From the NCBI GenBank assembly GCA_034717975.1, contig JAYEMF010000090.1, positions 1-12,572 of the forward strand: 12,572 nt of DNA. Direction: 5' to 3'. The position numbers and the translations under genes were made by a program. Of this stretch, positions 8,012-12,572 are shown one piece after another. The notes beneath the pieces were generated by a model. That model was not told the origin of the DNA, ran no database searches, and saw nothing but the letters and a program-made list of their open reading frames with translations. The DNA is from Campylobacterota bacterium (GTDB lineage Bacteria > Campylobacterota > Campylobacteria > Campylobacterales > Sulfurimonadaceae). Each line of letters begins with the position of its first letter. Positions within the stretch are counted from its first letter, which is position 1.

Positions 8012-9292
8012 ATGAAGACAACGCTGCTGAACCTGACACTGCTCTATGTCGAAGATGATACCGATACAAGAAAACAGCTCTCCAATGTATTGAGGTATAA
8101 AGTGGATAAGCTCTATGTGGCCAAAGATGGCAAAGAGGCCCTGGAGCTTTTTAAATCGCATCAGATCCACGCTGTTTTAAGTGACTTCCAGATGCCGCAT
8201 ATGGATGGTAACGAGCTATGCCAGGCTATTAAGGGCATAAAGCCTTTTATACCGTTTATTTTGCTGACCGCCTATAACGATTCGAAATTGCTGATCGATG
8301 CGATCAATGCAGGTGTAGACAAGTTTTTAACGAAACCGATAGACGGGGATAAACTCTTTGCACTGCTTGATCACATTGGTCATGAAGTGATGCAGAAGTT
8401 TCAGCTGGAGCGGACAAATACCTGCTTGCAGGAGGCAGAGAAGGTTGCTCACCTGGCGTACTGGGATGTCAATCTTCTGACGCGCAAGATCAGCTTCTCC
8501 GAAGAGGCGGCAGAACTGTTTGAGATAGAGCAGCACATAGGCTATGAAACGTTTGCCAAAATGGTATACGATGAAGACAGGCCCCTGTTCCTGGATATCT
8601 TTGAAAAGAGAATTTTTGAAGAGGATGAGATCGATGAACTACTGGCCATTAAGACAGCCAAGAGTGAGATCCTCTATATGCGGATTGCGGCTAAGCGATG
8701 GGAGAGTTCGGTATGCGGCCGTTCCCATGCGATAGGCCTGTTTCAGGATGTCAGTCGGTATGAGCTTGAGCGGTTGAGGCTGCTTCGGGAGAGCCAGTCT
8801 GACCCCATACTCAAAATTGCCAATAAAAATGTTCTCACCCTGGAACTGACCAACCTGATCAAGCGGTCCAAACGGTACGGAGATCCGCTTACGGTGCTCT
8901 TTTTTGACATTGACAACTTCAAGGGCATCAATGACAATTATGGACATCTTACGGGAGACAGTGTACTGCAGCAACTCACTTCTATTGTAAAAGAGCATAT
9001 CCGTGAAAGTGACCATTTTGGACGATGGGGTGGTGATGAGTTCGTGATTGTTCCCAACAATACCAATCTTAAATCAGCCAATAAACTTGGTCAAAAGCTT
9101 GTGGATGTAGTTGCCGCTTTCGCTTGGCCTGACGACATGAGCGTCACGATCAGTGTCGGTGTCGCCAGTTACGAAGCGGGTGACAATGTATCGTCACTGC
9201 TCTGTAAAGCTGACAAGATGATGCTTAAAGCAAAAAAATGTGGTAAGAACAGGACGCTCTCAACTATGGGAAAAGGGGATGAGGATGAGTAA
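8012..9292 (+). CDS. Response regulator diguanylate cyclase: REC - PAS-like - GGDEF (intact active site and I-site)
   Basis: REC: LLYVEDD, LSDFQMP, LTAY, TKP. PAS_3-like segment from LAYWDVNLLTRKISFSEEAAELF to GLFQDVS. FFDIDNFKGINDNYGHLTGD. RxxD (RESD, 9002-9013) sits five residues before GGDEF (9029-9043). C-terminal AKKCGKNR. Confidence 0.93.
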   Translation: MKTTLLNLTLLYVEDDTDTRKQLSNVLRYKVDKLYVAKDGKEALELFKSHQIHAVLSDFQMPHMDGNELCQAIKGIKPFIPFILLTAYNDSKLLIDAINAGVDKFLTKPIDGDKLFALLDHIGHEVMQKFQLERTNTCLQEAEKVAHLAYWDVNLLTRKISFSEEAAELFEIEQHIGYETFAKMVYDEDRPLFLDIFEKRIFEEDEIDELLAIKTAKSEILYMRIAAKRWESSVCGRSHAIGLFQDVSRYELERLRLLRESQSDPILKIANKNVLTLELTNLIKRSKRYGDPLTVLFFDIDNFKGINDNYGHLTGDSVLQQLTSIVKEHIRESDHFGRWGGDEFVIVPNNTNLKSANKLGQKLVDVVAAFAWPDDMSVTISVGVASYEAGDNVSSLLCKADKMMLKAKKCGKNRTLSTMGKGDEDE

Positions 9293-10916
9293 AACACATC
9301 AGGAACTAAAAGGTATTGCTTCAGGCCTCTCTCTCTTATATGCAGAAGACGATCAAACAACAAGAGAACAGTATGAGACTATTTTCAGGTTACTGTTCAG
9401 GGAAGTTGTCGCAGTAGAAGATGGTCAAGTAGCCCTCGAACTGTTTCAAAACAGAAAATTCGACCTGTTGATCACGGACCTGACGATGCCCCGAATAGAC
9501 GGCATCACGTTGATAGGCGAAATTCTTACTCTCAACCCCAGTCAGCATATCCTGGTCATGACGGCACATAACACAAGCGAAAACCTGCGTGATTCTATTG
9601 AGTTCCAGGTAGATGGTATTTTAATAAAACCGGTCATGATGGACAAACTGTTTCAACTGCTATATAAAGTATGTATGCCAATCCACCTGGAGCAGATAGA
9701 GGAGCAGAAAAATTTGCTGAACAGGGGTGATGAAAAGATAATCCATCTGTTGGAAAATGGCGACCATGCCATCTGCCTGGCCGTTATTGACAATTTTGAT
9801 ACCATCGTAAAACAGTTTGGTACCAGGACAAAAGTACCTATCTTCAATGCTGCCCGGGAGCATCTCTCACATTTTGGGATGGAAGATGAAAACAGCCTGC
9901 AGCTGTATGATGACACTCTTGCATTCAGTGTAGAAAAAAGCTATATGGAGCGGATGCTGCACTCTTTGCAGAGTTTTTCAGAGAACAACAGTGTATTGAC
10001 GGTCCCGGTTGATGATGCAATCCTCTATATCACCCTCTCTTACGGTGTAATATCTATCAAACCCGATCGAAGCATTATCAACAAAAAGAAAGCATTTCTG
10101 GAACATATCAGCTCTATCGCTGAGTCTATCAGAAACGACAGTAAAAGTACGTTTGTAGTCAAGATGGACGTTGATCTGGAAGATGCCCAACAGCGTAGTG
10201 CGCTCAGCTGGCTCGGTACGACGCTTGAAGCGGTAAAGCAGGAGACGATCGTACCGGTTTTTCAGCCTATTGCAGCGATAGATACAATGGAAGTAAGTGC
10301 CTACGAGGTATTTGCCAGGATTAAACAGGGCGAAGAGTATATTTTGCCGAAATTCTTTATTGATCTAAGTGAAAAAGCCGGAATACTGGAAGATATCTCG
10401 GAAATTGTTTTCAAAAAAAGTTTTGAAAAATTCAGTAAAACCACGTTTCCGTTCCATATCAATATTACCGATTCGGAATGGAAAGACAATGCACTCGAAG
10501 AGTATCTCGCCTATCTCAATGTTCACTATAAGATTGATTACAGCAGAGTGGTGCTGGGTATCACCAGTTATGACTCCTTTCAACCCGATGGCAAGATAGT
10601 CAAGCGCCTGCTCAGACTCAAAAAGATGGGCTACAAAATAGCGCTTAAAGAGTTTGGCAAAGGGAACATCAATATTGAAATACTCTCTATCCTGCAACCC
10701 GATTATCTCAAGATCGACCAGATACTGATACAGAAATCCCTCTCCGACCCACATCTGAAAGCTATTGTCTCTTCGCTGTTTAATTATGTGATCGATACAG
10801 ATATAAAAACTGTTTTGTCCGGTGTTGAAAGCGAAGAGATCTTAAATGCAGGAAAAGCGTTGGGTATCGGTTATGCCCAGGGTTACTACATTAAACGCCC
10901 TTCGGAAGAGTTGTAG
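9285..10916 (+). CDS. Response regulator REC - degenerate GGDEF - degenerate EAL (probably enzymatically inactive)
   Basis: Start placed at ATG 9285 (AAGGGG at 9273-9278; 8-nt overlap with the upstream gene); ATG 9279 is an alternative. REC intact (LLYAEDD, ITDLTMP, MTAH, IKP). The GGDEF position reads YDDTL. The EAL domain keeps FQPI, EVFAR, IN, KID and QGYY, but shows LGITS (for LEITE), KEFG (for DDFG, 10647-10658) and LSGVE (for AEGVE). Confidence 0.9.
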   Translation: MSKTHQELKGIASGLSLLYAEDDQTTREQYETIFRLLFREVVAVEDGQVALELFQNRKFDLLITDLTMPRIDGITLIGEILTLNPSQHILVMTAHNTSENLRDSIEFQVDGILIKPVMMDKLFQLLYKVCMPIHLEQIEEQKNLLNRGDEKIIHLLENGDHAICLAVIDNFDTIVKQFGTRTKVPIFNAAREHLSHFGMEDENSLQLYDDTLAFSVEKSYMERMLHSLQSFSENNSVLTVPVDDAILYITLSYGVISIKPDRSIINKKKAFLEHISSIAESIRNDSKSTFVVKMDVDLEDAQQRSALSWLGTTLEAVKQETIVPVFQPIAAIDTMEVSAYEVFARIKQGEEYILPKFFIDLSEKAGILEDISEIVFKKSFEKFSKTTFPFHINITDSEWKDNALEEYLAYLNVHYKIDYSRVVLGITSYDSFQPDGKIVKRLLRLKKMGYKIALKEFGKGNINIEILSILQPDYLKIDQILIQKSLSDPHLKAIVSSLFNYVIDTDIKTVLSGVESEEILNAGKALGIGYAQGYYIKRPSEEL

Positions 10917-10937
10917 TCAACAGTTTCGGAAACCAAC

Positions 10938-10949
10938 TTAGAGGTGCCC
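10938..10949. repeat. Second exact copy of TTAGAGGTGCCC (first at 239-250), direct orientation
   Basis: Exact 12-bp match read directly from the sequence. Confidence 0.85.
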
Positions 10950-10964
10950 TTGGGCTTGGCCTGT

Positions 10965-11001
10965 TTTTCTGCATAGTTTCACCACTCTTTTTCTTTATAA
11001 T
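10965..11001 (+). promoter_or_regulatory. Putative sigma70-type promoter for the CZB chemoreceptor (-10 TATAAT at 10996-11001)
   Basis: Perfect TATAAT preceded by periodic T-tracts. Homologous (30/37) to 259-295. Confidence 0.6.
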
Positions 11002-11139
11002 CAGTGGATGACTTGAACAAGGATTTGGCTACGGCTGATATGACATTGGAAGTTCTTGTCACTGATGGGACGATCATATTGATGACCTGTCTCAACACGG
11101 CAGAACTTCAAGATACAGAACAATATTTAAAGGTTTTTA

Positions 11140-12234
11140 ATGTTTGGTCAAAACGGTAAAGCACTTCAATCAGAGAATCAGGAACTAAAGAGAAAAATAG
11201 AATCTTTAGAGCATGAGATCCATCAGTTAAAAGATGAAAACAGCAGCTATGCCGCAGAGAAGGAGAAGGTAGAAGATATTGTCGAAGAGAACAAGCTGAA
11301 AAATGCGTTGACGCAGAATCTTACCGATGGCTGTATCGACAATATAAAATTTGTCCAAAACGAGATAGAGGGCAATATGGAGAAGCAAGAGGAGATCAAT
11401 GCCTTAAACAGCGAAGGGGCCAAGATCATCACGGAAGTCGAAGAGAATGTGGACAATATCTTCAACACCGAATCGATCATACAGATGGCCAATGAACTCA
11501 GAAGCAATGCCGAGGGCCTGAACAACAGTGTTGTCGCCATATCGGAAGTGATCGGCCTGATCAAAGACATCTCGGACCAGACAAACCTATTGGCACTGAA
11601 TGCCGCTATTGAAGCTGCCCGTGCCGGTGAGCATGGACGCGGGTTTGCCGTCGTTGCCGATGAAGTCAGAAAACTGGCCGAGCGGACGCAAAAAGCGACC
11701 GTAGAGGTGGAGATCAACATCAGTACCCTGAAGCAGAACGCTTCGAGTATGCATGAAGACAGTGAAAGACTGGAGATCGAAGCGAATGGTTCCAGCGCCA
11801 ACCTTGATGAGTTCAAAGGGACGCTGCAAAAACTGATAGTCAATTCAGAGGTCATAGGAAAAGACAATCAGCATACGACCTATGAACTCTTTGCCACGCT
11901 GGCAAAACTGGACCATATCCTTTTTAAAGTCAACGCCTACAACGGCGTCTTTAACAACAAGGGCATCGAGCTGTCAAACCACCATAGCTGCCGTTTCGGA
12001 CGGTGGTACCAGGATGAGGGCAGAAGACTTTTCTCCCATACGTCGAGTTACTCGCAGATCGACAAGCCGCACGCTACTGTCCACGACAGTGCCGCGGCAG
12101 CGCTTGAGTGTGTAAAAACCGGTGTCTGCCTGCAGGATATCAACGTAGTTATAGAGCACTTCAATCAGGCGGAAAAGGCAAGTAAAGAGCTCTTTGTCAT
12201 CATTGACAACATGATGGGCGAAGCTAAACGGTAA
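11140..12234 (+). CDS. Soluble methyl-accepting chemotaxis protein with C-terminal CZB zinc-binding domain (TlpD-like architecture)
   Basis: No TM; N-terminal coiled coil. MCP tip [40 protein letters not shown] 3His-1Cys set: AKLDH (11914-16), CRFGRWY (Cys 11989-91), PHATVH (12070-72, 12082-84). AAAGG RBS upstream. Confidence 0.95.
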   Translation: MFGQNGKALQSENQELKRKIESLEHEIHQLKDENSSYAAEKEKVEDIVEENKLKNALTQNLTDGCIDNIKFVQNEIEGNMEKQEEINALNSEGAKIITEVEENVDNIFNTESIIQMANELRSNAEGLNNSVVAISEVIGLIKDISDQTNLLALNAAIEAARAGEHGRGFAVVADEVRKLAERTQKATVEVEINISTLKQNASSMHEDSERLEIEANGSSANLDEFKGTLQKLIVNSEVIGKDNQHTTYELFATLAKLDHILFKVNAYNGVFNNKGIELSNHHSCRFGRWYQDEGRRLFSHTSSYSQIDKPHATVHDSAAAALECVKTGVCLQDINVVIEHFNQAEKASKELFVIIDNMMGEAKR

Positions 12235-12261
12235 ATCAAAACCAAGTTTCAAACGCTCTCC

Positions 12262-12321
12262 TCCCCCTCAGCTTGACCGGGGATCTAGTACCAGGCCATA
12301 CAAACCAGACTCCCAGTCAAG
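12262..12321. repeat. Degenerate REP/RPE-like palindromic element
   Basis: CTTGACCGGGGATCT (12272-12286) matches the reverse complement of AGACTCCCAGTCAAG (12307-12321) at 12/15 positions. TCCCC (12262-66) can alternatively pair with GGGGA (12279-83). Confidence 0.55.
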
Positions 12322-12391
12322 AGATAGCCTTAAATAATTGTATGTAAAAAACGGCAATATCCAAAAATGTTATATTTCCCATATATTGTAA

Positions 12392-12400
12392 TGCTAGACT
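12392..12400 (+). promoter_or_regulatory. Putative extended -10 promoter (TG-C-TAGACT) for the PAS gene
   Basis: TGnTAnAnT pattern in an AT-rich stretch, 14 nt before a GAGGAG RBS. Confidence 0.5.
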
Positions 12401-12425
12401 TTTCAAAAATTTATGAGGAGTAGTG

Positions 12426-12572
12426 ATGCAGCGACCAAGAGCAACCGAGAAAGAGCTCTTCTTTGAAGGTGGCAGTATGATTACGGAAACCGATCTGCAG
12501 GGACGTATCACTTATGCCAATCGAAAATTTTTGCAGATGACTGGCTATGGGCACTCTGAATTGATAGGGAAA
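12426..12572 (+). CDS. PAS-domain protein, Aer/CetB-like N-terminus (3'-truncated by the window; absent from the ORF track)
   Basis: GAGGAG RBS at 12415-12420 and ATG 12426. Translates MQRPRATEKELFFEGGSMITETDLQGRITYANRKFLQMTGYGHSELIGK. TD-x-x-G-x-I-T-Y-A-N and GY-x-x-x-ELIG are typical of Aer-type PAS domains. Confidence 0.88.
   Translation, partial: MQRPRATEKELFFEGGSMITETDLQGRITYANRKFLQMTGYGHSELIGK

Noticed and set aside
9240..9284. Track start of the last REC-GGDEF-EAL gene
   Set aside because: It would overlap the DGC gene by 53 nt. ATG 9285 has a properly spaced AAGGGG.
10909..10938. Rho-independent terminator after the cluster
   Set aside because: Only weak stems (AGTTG/CAACT, GTTT/AAAC) and no adjacent U-tract.
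11247..11867. 206-aa minus-strand ORF (and the other short track ORFs)
   Set aside because: Ser-rich antisense shadow of the MCP coiled coil. None of the short ORFs has domain motifs or independent space.

Overview
A roughly 44%-GC window that looks like Campylobacterota (Sulfurovum/Sulfurimonas-like). That assignment is inferred from the AHQWRQPL kinase family, the TlpD-like and CetB-like proteins and the T-rich promoters, and is not verified. All credible genes lie on the + strand. A tightly packed six-gene signalling cluster (350-10916) encodes REC-GGDEF(degenerate)-EAL(intact), REC-PAS-like-uncharacterised helical domain, a membrane dCache-GAF histidine kinase, a soluble FIST(NosP-like) histidine kinase, a REC-PAS-GGDEF(intact) cyclase and a REC-GGDEF-EAL protein degenerate in both enzyme domains. 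It is followed by a soluble CZB chemoreceptor and the truncated start of an Aer/CetB-like PAS protein that the ORF track misses. The non-coding DNA is structured. There is a palindrome-rich MITE/REP-like element end at 1-250, and a 12-bp TTAGAGGTGCCC plus a 37-bp promoter-like block recurs on both sides of the cluster. The chemoreceptor has a long, foldable leader, and a degenerate REP-like palindrome follows it. The best candidate for an undescribed system is a two-kinase/four-receiver c-di-GMP network with no DNA-binding output, possibly sensing NO, redox state or oxidants.
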